DNA of 64,000 nt, taken from NCBI GenBank assembly GCA_965262915.1, contig OZ253564.1, positions 1,280,001 through 1,344,000 of the forward strand, read 5' to 3'. Below are positions 39,481 to 49,836 of this stretch, in pieces. The notes beneath the pieces were generated by a model. That model saw only the letters and a list, made by a program, of their open reading frames with translations. It had not been told where the DNA came from and did not search any database. The position numbers and the translations under genes are program-made. Numbering within the stretch: the stretch's first letter is position 1; each line of letters opens with the position of its first letter. The stretch is from Candidatus Spongiisociaceae bacterium (lineage in GTDB: Bacteria > Actinomycetota > Acidimicrobiia > Spongiisociales > Spongiisociaceae).

Positions 39481-40752
39481 ATGAACGAGAGGCTCATACC
39501 CGGGGGCTATCTTCCCCGGCTAGCCGACGATGAGGTCCGATCTGTCATGGAGTCCTCGGCGGCGGTGGTCATCGAGGGCCCCAAGAGCTGTGGCAAGACT
39601 TGGACGGGACTACGCCACTCCCGCAGCGCCGTCATGTTGGACCGCGACCCGGACGCCCGGCTGTCCGCGGCTGTGAATCCGGCCCCTCTACTCAACGGGC
39701 CGTATCCCAGGCTCTTGGATGAATGGCAGACAGCTCCGGAGTTGTGGAACGCGGTCCGCGGTGCGTGCGACGACGGGACGGGCCCGGGTCGTTTCATTCT
39801 GACCGGATCCGCTGTCCCGGCTGATGACACCACCAGGCACTCCGGCGCCGGCCGTATCCGACGGGTACGGATGCGACCGATGTCGTTGTTCGAGTCTGGA
39901 GAGTCCACCGGCGAGGTGTCTCTCGGGACACTTCTCGACGGCGGCGGATGCACCGCGGGCCGACCCGATATGGATTTCAGGGGCTTGGTCGAGTCAGTAT
40001 GCAGGGGCGGATGGCCTCGTCTCCTCAAGCTCCCTCCGGCGCAGGCCCAAGCGGAACTCCGGGCCTACCTCGACGAGATCTGCCGTACCGATATATCTCG
40101 GGTCGACACAACGCGTCGCAATCCGGTGGGCGTTAGCCGGCTGCTCACTTCAGTGGCCCGAAATGTGGCAACTGAAGCGTCGATTTCCAAACTTGCAGCC
40201 GACACCGGGGGCGAGCGGCCGGTCGACCGAACCATCGCCAAGGCCTACTTACAGGCCCTCCAAAGGCTGTTCGTGGTAGAGGATGTGCCGCGTTGGCCCA
40301 CCCACCTTCGTTCGCGCAAGCCGCTTCGCGGCGTGCCGAAGCGCCACTTGGTGGATCCATCGTTGGCGGCGGCGCAACTGCGCGCGACGCCTATGAAGCT
40401 CGAAGCCGAGTTGCGCTACTTCGGTTTCCTCTTCGAGTCATTGGTGGTGAGGGATCTCCGGATCTACGGGCAGCCGGCCGACTCCCTTGTATGGCACTAC
40501 CGCGACAGCGACGGGCTTGAGGTGGACATCATCGTCGAGGCCGGTGACGGCCGCTGGATCGCCATAGAGGTCAAACTCGGCAGCGAGCGGCTGATCGACG
40601 CCGGCGCTGCGTCACTGCTGCGGCTTCGTGCCAAAGCGGTGGCCGATCGGATCGAACCGCCCGCCAAACTGCTGGTGGTCACCGCCACCGGGTTCGGCTA
40701 CGAGCGCCGCGACGGCGTGGCGGTGGTGCCTATCACCGCGTTGGGTCCCTGA
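39481..40752 (+). CDS. AAA_14 ATPase with DUF4143 and a C-terminal PD-(D/E)XK-like motif
   Basis: GPKSCGKT, LLDEWQ, LTGSA, HSGAGR, EVDIIV...IAIEVK. Confidence 0.9.
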   Translation: MNERLIPGGYLPRLADDEVRSVMESSAAVVIEGPKSCGKTWTGLRHSRSAVMLDRDPDARLSAAVNPAPLLNGPYPRLLDEWQTAPELWNAVRGACDDGTGPGRFILTGSAVPADDTTRHSGAGRIRRVRMRPMSLFESGESTGEVSLGTLLDGGGCTAGRPDMDFRGLVESVCRGGWPRLLKLPPAQAQAELRAYLDEICRTDISRVDTTRRNPVGVSRLLTSVARNVATEASISKLAADTGGERPVDRTIAKAYLQALQRLFVVEDVPRWPTHLRSRKPLRGVPKRHLVDPSLAAAQLRATPMKLEAELRYFGFLFESLVVRDLRIYGQPADSLVWHYRDSDGLEVDIIVEAGDGRWIAIEVKLGSERLIDAGAASLLRLRAKAVADRIEPPAKLLVVTATGFGYERRDGVAVVPITALGP

Positions 40753-40897
40753 CGGCTCTCAGGTCGTGTGCGATGTCTCCCAGGGACAACCTCCCGAGGT
40801 GGAGATGACGGGCTCTCCGCTCAGATCCGTTGGGTAGATCTCGACGCATTCGCCTTCGGGGCTGAGGAACGTCGCCAGCCTTGCGGGTCCGGTGTGT

Positions 40898-42898
40898 CTA
40901 TCTTCTGAGCATCCACCAAGGACTCTTCTGTCGTAGTCGCCGACCGAGAAACTGCTCCAGGCTCGCCTTGTGCATGACTGTTCGGTCCCCGCCGCTCGCG
41001 GCTTCGTCGATGAGGGTGGAGGGGAGGTCGTCCCAGCTGAAGCCGCGCCTGCCGAATGCGTCCCGCTGTTCCCACACGATGATGTTGTTCCCCTCGATGG
41101 TCCAGCCGTTGGGTGTCTCGCCCTCTCGTTTTGAATAGGCCGCGTGGCGGAGCAGATTGAGGACCCGGGCCCTCACCCGATCATAGCGTTTGTCGGCATA
41201 GTCGAGCCAGGTCACTTCCCGACACCAGGGTGGGGCAGCGCCTTCGGCTGCCTCCCTAAGGATGCCGCTCAGGACGCTCGAGGAGATGGCTAGCCAGTCC
41301 TCCGGGAGCCGCTCGTGTTCGAGGCGGTCCATGACGTCGACCAGGTAGCGCCGGTACAGGTGACCCGTCAGATCGCTGCGGATCTGCTGGATACGGCTTT
41401 GCAGACGTTGGCGCAACTGTTCGTGGTGCGCAGGCAGGGCTGTGGTGGTGTAGACAGTCAGGCTGCGTTTGACGACCTCATCGGGGAAGGAGTGAGGTTC
41501 CGCGTTCATCGACAGCACGAAGCCCGGGTATTCCGTCACCTGCGGCGGGTTCTCATCCTTGATGATGTCCTTGCCGTGGTTGTTGAAGGCCTTCCGTCCG
41601 ATGTCGTCGAACACGACCGGGTGACGCTTGTAGGCGTGCTGCAGGCCCCGCAGCCTCGCAGTCGTGAAGCTCCTCTTCTCGACCGTGTGTGCCCGACCGA
41701 ACATGGAGGTGACGAGCGTATCGACAAGGCTGGTCTTGCCGCAGTTCGACTTGCCGAAGATGATGGCGAAGGAGGGGTATCGAACTACGTCGCTGTCCTG
41801 TAGATGGGCTAGAGAACGAATGTCGCAGATAAAGGGGGAGAAATACAACCAGGCCATGAACGTGAAGTAGTCACGTTGAAGCATGGGAACGTCTCCGTCA
41901 AACGCCCCCTCGTAGTTGCCGAAGTAGTCCAGGAAGAGTCTGGCGTCGGATCGAACAGACTCGTCATCCGAATGCAACGAGAACTTCTCACCAGACAACT
42001 CCGCCGTCCGGTTCAACCGATCTATGGATAGGTATCGGGTGGTGGTTTCGTCGGTCGACTTGACCAGACGGATTCGGCTCAATTCCCGCTTGATCTTGGG
42101 CGTGATCGTTTGTTTACCGGCGCGCAGCGGCGGGATCGCCGCCGATAGGCGCGGCCTCAACACCGCGGCTACCTTCTCGATGCGCTCGACCTGCGCCGGT
42201 CCCGAAACTTCGGCTTCGGCCGGCTCGGTGGGGGTGATGATCACGGTAGAGGAGGTGTCGGACAGCACCGGTGTGTCGGGCACCTCGATCTCGGCGCGGG
42301 TGATCCGTTCTTCGGGTAGGGGGATCTCGTCCGAGCCCGAGTCCCGGATCGTGTCGAACATGCGGCTGTAATGACGCCACGCCGTCTCGTCGTTGTCGAA
42401 GACGACCAGCGTCTCGGGCTGGATACCCGAGAAGGCCCGCTCGGACAGGTTGGCGGAGCCGACTATCACTCGGGTCCGCTCGGAATCGGCCAACAGGTAC
42501 AGCTTGGCGTGGGCCACCGACTCGCGGAGAACCCTGAACTTGGCTTGGCCGGCGGCGACCCTCTCCAGGATGCGGTGGTGGCGTTTGTCCCTGAGGCCCA
42601 TGATCGCCGCCCTCGTCCCCTCGACCGCAACCTTCTGGAACGCCAGAACGTCGATGATGTTTCCAAGCGTGGCCTCGCAGCCGAAGACACACTCGAAGCT
42701 GTCGAAGGAGAACTCGTCGAGCATCTTTACGATGGCGTTGCTGCTGGCCGAGTAGGTCAGAACCCGCAGGCTCTCGAAGCCCTCGAACAAGGTCCACTCG
42801 AACTTGGCTTCGTCCACGAACGTGGCTCGGACCACACGAAGTCCGGTGCCGTCATCCAACCCCAGGGTCAGCGTCGGTGCATGCCCACGGTTCGGCAT
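40898..42898 (-). CDS. PLD-fold (NgoFVII-like) nuclease fused to a P-loop ATPase
   Basis: HAKLYLL...VIVGSANLSERAFSGIQPE; GKSNCGKT and VVFDD. Confidence 0.75.
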   Translation of the reverse strand: MPNRGHAPTLTLGLDDGTGLRVVRATFVDEAKFEWTLFEGFESLRVLTYSASSNAIVKMLDEFSFDSFECVFGCEATLGNIIDVLAFQKVAVEGTRAAIMGLRDKRHHRILERVAAGQAKFRVLRESVAHAKLYLLADSERTRVIVGSANLSERAFSGIQPETLVVFDNDETAWRHYSRMFDTIRDSGSDEIPLPEERITRAEIEVPDTPVLSDTSSTVIITPTEPAEAEVSGPAQVERIEKVAAVLRPRLSAAIPPLRAGKQTITPKIKRELSRIRLVKSTDETTTRYLSIDRLNRTAELSGEKFSLHSDDESVRSDARLFLDYFGNYEGAFDGDVPMLQRDYFTFMAWLYFSPFICDIRSLAHLQDSDVVRYPSFAIIFGKSNCGKTSLVDTLVTSMFGRAHTVEKRSFTTARLRGLQHAYKRHPVVFDDIGRKAFNNHGKDIIKDENPPQVTEYPGFVLSMNAEPHSFPDEVVKRSLTVYTTTALPAHHEQLRQRLQSRIQQIRSDLTGHLYRRYLVDVMDRLEHERLPEDWLAISSSVLSGILREAAEGAAPPWCREVTWLDYADKRYDRVRARVLNLLRHAAYSKREGETPNGWTIEGNNIIVWEQRDAFGRRGFSWDDLPSTLIDEAASGGDRTVMHKASLEQFLGRRLRQKSPWWMLRR

Positions 42899-43115
42899 CC
42901 GCAGAGTCCTCTCTCCTTCTCGCCTTGGACGATATCAGTGGACCGTGACACCGGAATCCCCGATCAGGGGCAAGGTGGCTTTCACGGGCTGAGGTTCTGG
43001 TTCGGGTATTCCGCGTCGTCCCATCGGCATCGAGGATGGGAACCGGAAGAACGGTCAAGACGCCGGGACCGGGAGACCGGTCCGGAGCGGAGGGGTCCGG
43101 GTTCTGAGTAGAACC

Positions 43116-44189
43116 TCAACTGTGTGTGGTGTTGACCTGATCCACCGCTGCGGTCATCACGGCGAGTTTGCGTCGGGCAATGTCACGGCTCAGGAAGCCG
43201 AGTCCGCAGTCCGGGGCGGCTATCAGACGATCGGGGGAAACGTACTTCACAGCTTCGGTCAAGCGGCCGGCGATCTCCTGGATGGTCTCCACGCGACTTC
43301 GCGCCACGGCCACCACTCCGAGGATCACCTTTGTGGTGGCGAACCGGGGCAGCAGAGTGGCGAGGTCGTTGGGTCGGTGGGCATCCTCGATGCTGATCGC
43401 GTCGAGGGGCGCCGCGTCGAGGGCCTCGGCAACCTGTAGGTACGCGCCGGGATCGGCTTTCGGGTAGTCGCTCTGATCGAGCCGTTCGGGGTAGCCACAA
43501 CAGCAGTGGACCACCCGCACCACATGATCCGGCACTCCCTCGAAACAGCGGGCCAAGTGGTCGATACCGTGGACAAGCGCCCCATCGGGGTTGCGGGCCA
43601 TTACCGGCTCGTCCACCTGTACGTGGTTGCACCCGGCCGCGACCAGTTCGAGGATCTGGGTGTTGATAGCGGCCGCGAGGTCGTCGCCGAGGGTGACCTC
43701 GTCGTGGTAGTACCTATCGACGGTGGTGTCGATGATCGTCATCGGACCCGGGATCGTGACCCTCACGGGATTCGGCGAGCGCGATCGGGCTACCTCGAAG
43801 TCACGGACCAGCGGCGAGGTGTCCAGGTAGCGGACCTCTCCTGTCACTGTCGGCAAGAGAGCGGATGTGACACCACGAAGGCGACGCGGGCTCAGCTTGC
43901 CGAAGTCGAAACCGGAGAAGTGGCGACACTGGTAGTGAATGTAGTTCTCACGCCGCACCTCGCCATCGGTCACGACATCGATCCCGGCTTCCACCTGGTC
44001 GGCGATGACCTCGGCAGTTGCCCTCCGGAACAGGCCCTCCGCCGCAGCCCCTGCCTTCGACATCTCGCGGGTGAAAGCGGTCGTGTAGTCCGTCGTGCCA
44101 TCGTGGTTATTCGGGTCCGAGAACCAGTCTGAAATCGGTACGTAATCCGGCTTCGGGTAAGCACCGATCGTGGTGGTGGTGATCACCAC
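43116..44189 (-). CDS. Cobalamin-independent methionine synthase II family (single barrel)
   Basis: TTTIGAYPKP, TDGEVRRENY, QVDEP, VHCCCGYP, APDCGLG. Confidence 0.9.
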   Translation of the reverse strand: MVITTTTIGAYPKPDYVPISDWFSDPNNHDGTTDYTTAFTREMSKAGAAAEGLFRRATAEVIADQVEAGIDVVTDGEVRRENYIHYQCRHFSGFDFGKLSPRRLRGVTSALLPTVTGEVRYLDTSPLVRDFEVARSRSPNPVRVTIPGPMTIIDTTVDRYYHDEVTLGDDLAAAINTQILELVAAGCNHVQVDEPVMARNPDGALVHGIDHLARCFEGVPDHVVRVVHCCCGYPERLDQSDYPKADPGAYLQVAEALDAAPLDAISIEDAHRPNDLATLLPRFATTKVILGVVAVARSRVETIQEIAGRLTEAVKYVSPDRLIAAPDCGLGFLSRDIARRKLAVMTAAVDQVNTTHS

Positions 44190-44190
44190 C

Positions 44191-45375
44191 CTAGGATGTT
44201 GGAGCCTGGGCGGACGCTATCTGATCAGGTGTCAGACCTAGCAAGCCCTCGAGGATCTCCTGGTTGTGTTGGCCCAGTTCGGGCCCTACCCAGCGGACCT
44301 CACCCGGTGTCTCGGACAGCTTCGGGGCCACGTTCTGCATGCGGAAGTCGCCGAACTCGGGGTGCAGGAGCGTGACGATCGCTTCCCGAGCTGCGAAATG
44401 GGGATCTTCGAGCATGTCGGGCGCGCGGTAGATCCGGCCGGCCGGGACGCCCGTCTCATCGAGAAGGTCCACCAGCGTCTGGCCCGTGACTGTCTGGGTC
44501 CACTCGGTGACGATGTCGTCGAGTTCGGCCTGGTTGGCTCCGCGGGCGGCGTGGTTGTCGAATCGGGGATCGACTGCCAGATCTTCTCTTCCCATCACCT
44601 TGGCAAGGCGGGCGAAGACGGTGTCCTGGTTGGCGGCGATGAGGACCATCGATCTGTCGCTGGTCGGGTACACGTTCGAAGGGGCCACGTTCGGGAGGAT
44701 GGCGCCGCTCCGCTCTCTTATGTACCCACCGATGTCGAACTCGGGTATGAGTGACTCCATGTAGGAGAGCACGGCCTCGTATATGGCGGTATCCACGACC
44801 TGGCCGCGTCCGGTGCGCTCGCGGTGGTGTAGGGCGACCATTCCGCCGAGGGCGCCCAGCGTGCCGGCCAGGGCATCTCCGATGCTGACACCCACCCGGC
44901 TGGGCGGGGTTCGCGGATCCCCGGTTATGTACCGGAGGCCTCCCATGGCCTCGCCGATCGCGCCGTAGCCGGCCTTCCCGGCGTCGGGTCCGGTCTGGCC
45001 GAATCCGGTGACCCTTATCAGAACGATCCCCGGGTTGAGGCGGGCGAGCTGGTCGTATCCGAGATCCCATCGCTCCAGGGTTCCCGGTCGGAAGTTCTCG
45101 ACCACGACATCGCTCCGAGCGACGAGGTCGCGGGCCACCTTCTGCCCGGCCTCCGCCCGTAGGTTGAGGGTGACGGACTTCTTGTTGCGAGCCACCACCG
45201 GGAACCAGAGCGATCGTCCGTAGGGCCTCTCCCGGCCCCACTGCCGCATGGGGTCGCCGCGGAGGGGCTCCTCGATCTTGACGACTTCGGCCCCGAAGTC
45301 TCCGAACAGCTGGGCGCAGAACGGCCCGGCCAGCAGTTGGCCCATCTCGACTACCCGGATATCGCTGAGAGGCAT
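44191..45375 (-). CDS. CaiB/BaiF CoA transferase
   Basis: MPLSDIRVVEMGQLLAGP, RNKKSVTLNL, ENFRPG. Confidence 0.9.
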   Translation of the reverse strand: MPLSDIRVVEMGQLLAGPFCAQLFGDFGAEVVKIEEPLRGDPMRQWGRERPYGRSLWFPVVARNKKSVTLNLRAEAGQKVARDLVARSDVVVENFRPGTLERWDLGYDQLARLNPGIVLIRVTGFGQTGPDAGKAGYGAIGEAMGGLRYITGDPRTPPSRVGVSIGDALAGTLGALGGMVALHHRERTGRGQVVDTAIYEAVLSYMESLIPEFDIGGYIRERSGAILPNVAPSNVYPTSDRSMVLIAANQDTVFARLAKVMGREDLAVDPRFDNHAARGANQAELDDIVTEWTQTVTGQTLVDLLDETGVPAGRIYRAPDMLEDPHFAAREAIVTLLHPEFGDFRMQNVAPKLSETPGEVRWVGPELGQHNQEILEGLLGLTPDQIASAQAPTS

Positions 45376-45466
45376 CTGCTTCAGGTGGACGTCCCCGAGG
45401 TTGCTTCCCCGAGTGTAAGCACCGGCCTTCCGGTTATGGTGTCGCAAGGAACTCCCTGGAGCGTTT

Positions 45467-46381
45467 GTGACCGCAGGCATCATCGAGATCGTCGAAGTGG
45501 GCCCGCGTGACGGGCTGCAGAACGAGGATGTCCTCCTCGCCACCGACAGGAAGGTCGAGCTCATCGGCCGGCTGGTCGCCGCCGGGATCAGGCGTGTCGA
45601 GGCGGTCAGCTTCGTACACCCCCGGCTGGTTCCGCAGATGGCCGACGCCGAGGCGGTCATGGCATCTCTTCCGGATGCGGAAGGGGTTTCCTACATAGGG
45701 CTGGCACTCAACGAGCGCGGGGTGGACCGCGCGTTGGGGGCCGGTGTCGACGAGGTCAACTTCGTGGTCGTGGCCACCGACACGCTCAGCCGCCGGAACC
45801 AGGGGTCCACGACCGCCGAGTCGATAGACACCTGGGAGAGGTTGATGTCCTGGGACGACGCGAGCGGCATGCGTTTCGGCGTGACGATCGGGGCTGCGTT
45901 CGGCTGCCCATTCGAGGGGGAGGTTCCCGTGGAACGGGTCGTGGAGGTAGCCACCCGGGTTGCTGCGGCCGGTCCCGCGGAGATCACGCTCGCTGACACG
46001 ATCGGGGTCGCTTCTCCCGGAGATGTCGCCCAACGGTTCGAGGCTGTGCGGGAAGCAGTGGGGTCGATCCCGCTGCGGTGCCACTTCCACAACACCCGCA
46101 ACACCGGGCTCGCCAACGTCTTCTCGGCCGTCCTGGCCGGCGTACAGAGCCTCGACGCTTCGATCGCAGGTCTCGGAGGTTGCCCGTTCGCCCCCGATGC
46201 CACCGGGAACATACCGACCGAGGACCTCGTGTACATGCTCCAGCGGATGGGCGAGGTTCCCGAGCTGTCCCTGCCGACCCTCATCGACACAGCGCTGTGG
46301 CTCGAAGGCAACATAGGGAGGCGCCTCCCGGGGATGCTTATGCGAGCGGGGATCTTCCCGACCGCGGGCGCGCCGGCTTGA
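45467..46381 (+). CDS. Hydroxymethylglutaryl-CoA lyase family
   Basis: EVGPRDGLQNE, HFHNT, GLGGCPFAP..TGN. Confidence 0.9.
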   Translation: MTAGIIEIVEVGPRDGLQNEDVLLATDRKVELIGRLVAAGIRRVEAVSFVHPRLVPQMADAEAVMASLPDAEGVSYIGLALNERGVDRALGAGVDEVNFVVVATDTLSRRNQGSTTAESIDTWERLMSWDDASGMRFGVTIGAAFGCPFEGEVPVERVVEVATRVAAAGPAEITLADTIGVASPGDVAQRFEAVREAVGSIPLRCHFHNTRNTGLANVFSAVLAGVQSLDASIAGLGGCPFAPDATGNIPTEDLVYMLQRMGEVPELSLPTLIDTALWLEGNIGRRLPGMLMRAGIFPTAGAPA

Positions 46382-46382
46382 G

Positions 46383-47274
46383 ATGAAACCCGCCGACTTC
46401 GAGTATGTCGCCCCCGGTCACTTGGATGCTGCGTTGGGGATGCTCGCGTCCCGGCCCTCCGAAACGCGAGTACTGGCCGGGGGCCAAAGCCTCCTACCGC
46501 TGCTGAAGGCCCGGCTGGTGAGTCCCGTGACGTTGATCGACCTCGGGCGTATTGAGGACCTGGACCGGATCGAGTTGAGGAACGGAGCGCTGCAGTTGGG
46601 TGCCATGACCCGTCAGTCGAGGGCGCTCGAATCCAGGCTGGTGAGCACTCATGCCCCGTTGCTGGCGCGGGCGTTACGCCTGATCGGCAGCCCGGCCATC
46701 CGCAACCGGGGCACGATCGGCGGCAGTGCCGCCCACGCCGACCCGGCAGCCGAGATCCCGGCGGTCCTGGTCGCGCTGAACGCCACCCTTACGGTCGTGA
46801 GCACCGCCGGAAGGCGCGAGATACCCGCCCGCACCTTCTACCGGTACGCCTACGAGACTTCACTGTCGGATGACGAGATAGTGGCCGACCTGAGCATTCC
46901 GCTCCGGACGGCAGGCCAGGATACCGGGGTGTCGTTCTACGAGATCGCCATCCCCAGCCACAATTTCGCCCTGGCCGGCGCGGCGGTCAGTGTGACTGTG
47001 GCCGGTGGCGTCATGAATGACGTTCGGATCGGGCTCTGCGGGCTCGGGGCGACACCTTTGCGCGCTCGCGAGGCGGAGACCCTGGCCGACGGCTCGCCTC
47101 CTACCCCCGATGTAGTCCGCCGTGTAGCGCGTGGAGCCGCCGCGGTCGCGGAACCGTGGACGATGTCCTTGCCTCCGGCTCCTACCGCCGGGACATCGCC
47201 CGGTGGTGATCCGGCGCGCCCTTCTGGAAGCGCTGGGCGAGGCAGAGGCTCATCGGGATGGAGCGCCGCGATGA
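46383..47274 (+). pseudogene. Mo-hydroxylase FAD subunit (CoxM/XdhB-like) with two 1-bp deletions near its 3' end
   Basis: LAGGQSL, IRNRGTIGG, HADPAAE; the expected DDVLASGSYRR..VVIRRAL tail lies in shifted frames at about 47160 and 47203. Confidence 0.8.
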
Positions 47275-47390
47275 GCCGGGTTCACGAGGTGTCCATCACC
47301 GTCAACGGGGTCCGGTCCGGCGAGATCGTTGCCTCGAGGCCCTCGCCGCCGAACTCCTTGTCCGGTCTCCCGACAAAGCGGGAGGCGCGG
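47271..47390 (+). pseudogene. 2Fe-2S small subunit (CoxS-like) reduced to an N-terminal stub
   Basis: MSRVHEVSITVNG, then only about 120 bp before the large subunit; no Cys motifs. Confidence 0.7.
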
Positions 47391-47391
47391 G

Positions 47392-49836
47392 ATGACCGAC
47401 GTAACGGTCCGCGGCGACCTGCCCACCGCCGGTCCAGAGTTCGCCACGGTCGAGTCGGCCCGGATGGTGCGCGGGCATGGCGCGTTCATCGACGACTTCG
47501 ACGCCCGGGGGGTACTCCACATGGCGTTGGTCCGGAGCCCGTTTGCCCATGCCCGCATCATCGGCGTCGATGTCAGCGGGGCGCGCGAGCTTCCCGGTGT
47601 TCACGGTGTTGTCACAGGCCAGGACGTGATCGAGCGAACCGGTCCCATATTCACCCTCGCCGATGTCAGCGATCCTCCTCTCCCGATCCCCATGTATGCG
47701 CTCGCTGCCGGCAAGGTACGCCATGTCGGAGAAGCGCTGGCGGCCGTGGTCGCAACCAGCCGCGAGGTAGCGGAGGACGCCTGCCGCAGGGTCGTGGTCG
47801 ACTACGAGCCTCTGCCGCCGATCCCGACGATCGAGGTGGCGACCGCCCCGACCGCTCCGCTGATCCATGAGGGCCTCGGGTCCAACGTGATCATGCGGAG
47901 GAAGCTCGAATGGGGTGACCCGGAAGCTGCTTTCGACAGCGCCGGCCATATCGTGCGCCGCACCATGCGATGGGGCCGCCACAGCGGCGCGGCTCTGGAC
48001 ACGTTCGGTGTCGTGGCTGCGTTCAACCCGGGTCGGGGAGAGCTCACCTACTGGAGCAACTCCCAGAGCAACGCTCTGCTGTGGACGCTCGGCGACACAC
48101 TTGGTCTCCCCACCCACAAGATCCAGGGAATCCCCAGAGACGTGGGAGGGGCGTTCGGTGGAAAGTTCTGGGTCCCCCGCAACATGGTGCTGGTCGGGAT
48201 GTTCGCGATGGACACCGGTCAGCACGTCAAGTACATCGAGGACCGCTGGGAGGACCTGATCGTCGGTGACAACCACGGCGAGGACCGGCGTTACGACGCC
48301 GAGTTGGCCCTCGACGGCGACGGTCGCATGCTCGGGATGAGGTTCCGGGTGGTCGAGGACTACGGTGCCTACTTCCTTCTGGGGCCTGCCGCCAACTCCA
48401 GCCCTCTGGCCCAGGCCACGGGGCCCTACCGGATTCCCTCGCTGCAGGTGGACTTCACCGCGGTGCTCACCAACAAGACCAACCAGGGTGCATATCGCGG
48501 GCTCGGCGCTTCCCCGATGGCGATGGTCCTCGAGAGCCTGGTGGATGCGGCAGCCGACCGGCTTGGCCTGCCACCCGAGGAGATCCGCCGTCGCAACTTC
48601 ATCCAGCCGGACGAGTTCCCCTTCAAGACCCCCGTGGGTAACATCTACGACTCCGGCGACTACCCGGCGGCACTCGAACGTGCTCTCGAGTTCGGCCGGG
48701 TGGAGGAATGGCGCCGCCGCCAGGAGGAGGCCCGAGCCGCAGGCCGGTACGTGGGGATAGGCTTGGCGACCACCCAGGAGCGGAGCGTTCCCAGCATGAC
48801 CGAACTCTGGGTAATGTTCGAGAACCCGGGACGTCGGCCGACTACCTCCGCCGAGACGGTGACCTGCCGCATCGACTCGCACGGCCACCTGTCGATCATG
48901 CTGCACTCGCCGTCACTCGGTACATCGCCCGAGACGGTGGCCGTGATGGTGGCGACCGAGGAACTGGGTATCGACCCCGGGCATATCGTCGTCGACCGGA
49001 TGACGACCAGGGCGGCAGGTCCGCCAATGGGACCTGCCGGTAGCCGCATGACGGTCATGACATCCGGCGCGCTGAACGGCGCCCTGATGGAGATCAAGCA
49101 GAAGCTGGTCCGGATCGCCGCCCACCTGCTGGAGGCGGCGCCCGAGGATGTCGTGTACGACTCCGCCACGCCCGGATGCCGGGTGCGCGGTACGCCAGGC
49201 GCGGTCAAGACCCTTACCGAGCTGTCCTTGGTGGCCAACACGGCCAGCCTCCTGCTCCCGCCCGGTGAGTCGAGCGGGCTCGAGTCGACCCACACCTACG
49301 ATCATCCGCTGGCGACCATGCCGGGGCCCGACGGTGACTGGGGCAGCTTCAACCCGATCATGGGGCATTCGGTCCACATACCTGTCGTCGAGGTGGACAT
49401 CGAAACCGGTCTGGTGAGCCTTCTCGACTACGCGGTGGTGCACGACTGCGGGACCGTGCTCAATCCCCCGGCGGTTAGGGGTCAGATCATCAGAGGGATA
49501 TGCCAGGGTATCGGCAGCGCCCTGTACGAGGAGTTCGTATATGACGAGGCCGGCACTCCGCTCAACGGCAGCTTCGCCTCATACCTGATGCCGACCTTCA
49601 TGGAGATGCCGCCGGTTCGGATCGAGCATCTCTGCACACCGTCGCCGTTCACCTACCGAGGGGTAAAGGGAGCCGGTGAAGGCGGACGTATCGGCGCGCC
49701 CGCCGCCATCGCGTCGGCCATCGAGGACGCGCTGGCGCCCCTCGGTGTCGTGGTCGACCAGGTACCGATGACCGCGGAGAGGCTGCTCGGGCGTATCAAG
49801 AAAGCACAGGCGGCAGAGAGGGGGGCTAATGCCTGA
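47392..49836 (+). CDS. Xanthine dehydrogenase-family molybdopterin subunit
   Basis: VRSPFAHARI, VGGAFGGK, AYRGLG, HDCGTVLNP, KGAGEGG. Confidence 0.9.
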   Translation: MTDVTVRGDLPTAGPEFATVESARMVRGHGAFIDDFDARGVLHMALVRSPFAHARIIGVDVSGARELPGVHGVVTGQDVIERTGPIFTLADVSDPPLPIPMYALAAGKVRHVGEALAAVVATSREVAEDACRRVVVDYEPLPPIPTIEVATAPTAPLIHEGLGSNVIMRRKLEWGDPEAAFDSAGHIVRRTMRWGRHSGAALDTFGVVAAFNPGRGELTYWSNSQSNALLWTLGDTLGLPTHKIQGIPRDVGGAFGGKFWVPRNMVLVGMFAMDTGQHVKYIEDRWEDLIVGDNHGEDRRYDAELALDGDGRMLGMRFRVVEDYGAYFLLGPAANSSPLAQATGPYRIPSLQVDFTAVLTNKTNQGAYRGLGASPMAMVLESLVDAAADRLGLPPEEIRRRNFIQPDEFPFKTPVGNIYDSGDYPAALERALEFGRVEEWRRRQEEARAAGRYVGIGLATTQERSVPSMTELWVMFENPGRRPTTSAETVTCRIDSHGHLSIMLHSPSLGTSPETVAVMVATEELGIDPGHIVVDRMTTRAAGPPMGPAGSRMTVMTSGALNGALMEIKQKLVRIAAHLLEAAPEDVVYDSATPGCRVRGTPGAVKTLTELSLVANTASLLLPPGESSGLESTHTYDHPLATMPGPDGDWGSFNPIMGHSVHIPVVEVDIETGLVSLLDYAVVHDCGTVLNPPAVRGQIIRGICQGIGSALYEEFVYDEAGTPLNGSFASYLMPTFMEMPPVRIEHLCTPSPFTYRGVKGAGEGGRIGAPAAIASAIEDALAPLGVVVDQVPMTAERLLGRIKKAQAAERGANA

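Noticed and set aside
47302-48906. Long antisense and alternate-frame ORFs (also 61429-62535, 11852-12706 and the 5' extensions of 55769, 59266 and 60282)
   Set aside because: Shadows of real genes caused by high-GC codon bias
47392-49836. Aerobic CO dehydrogenase CoxL
   Set aside because: Active-site loop is AYRGLG, not form I AYRCSFR or form II AYRGAGR
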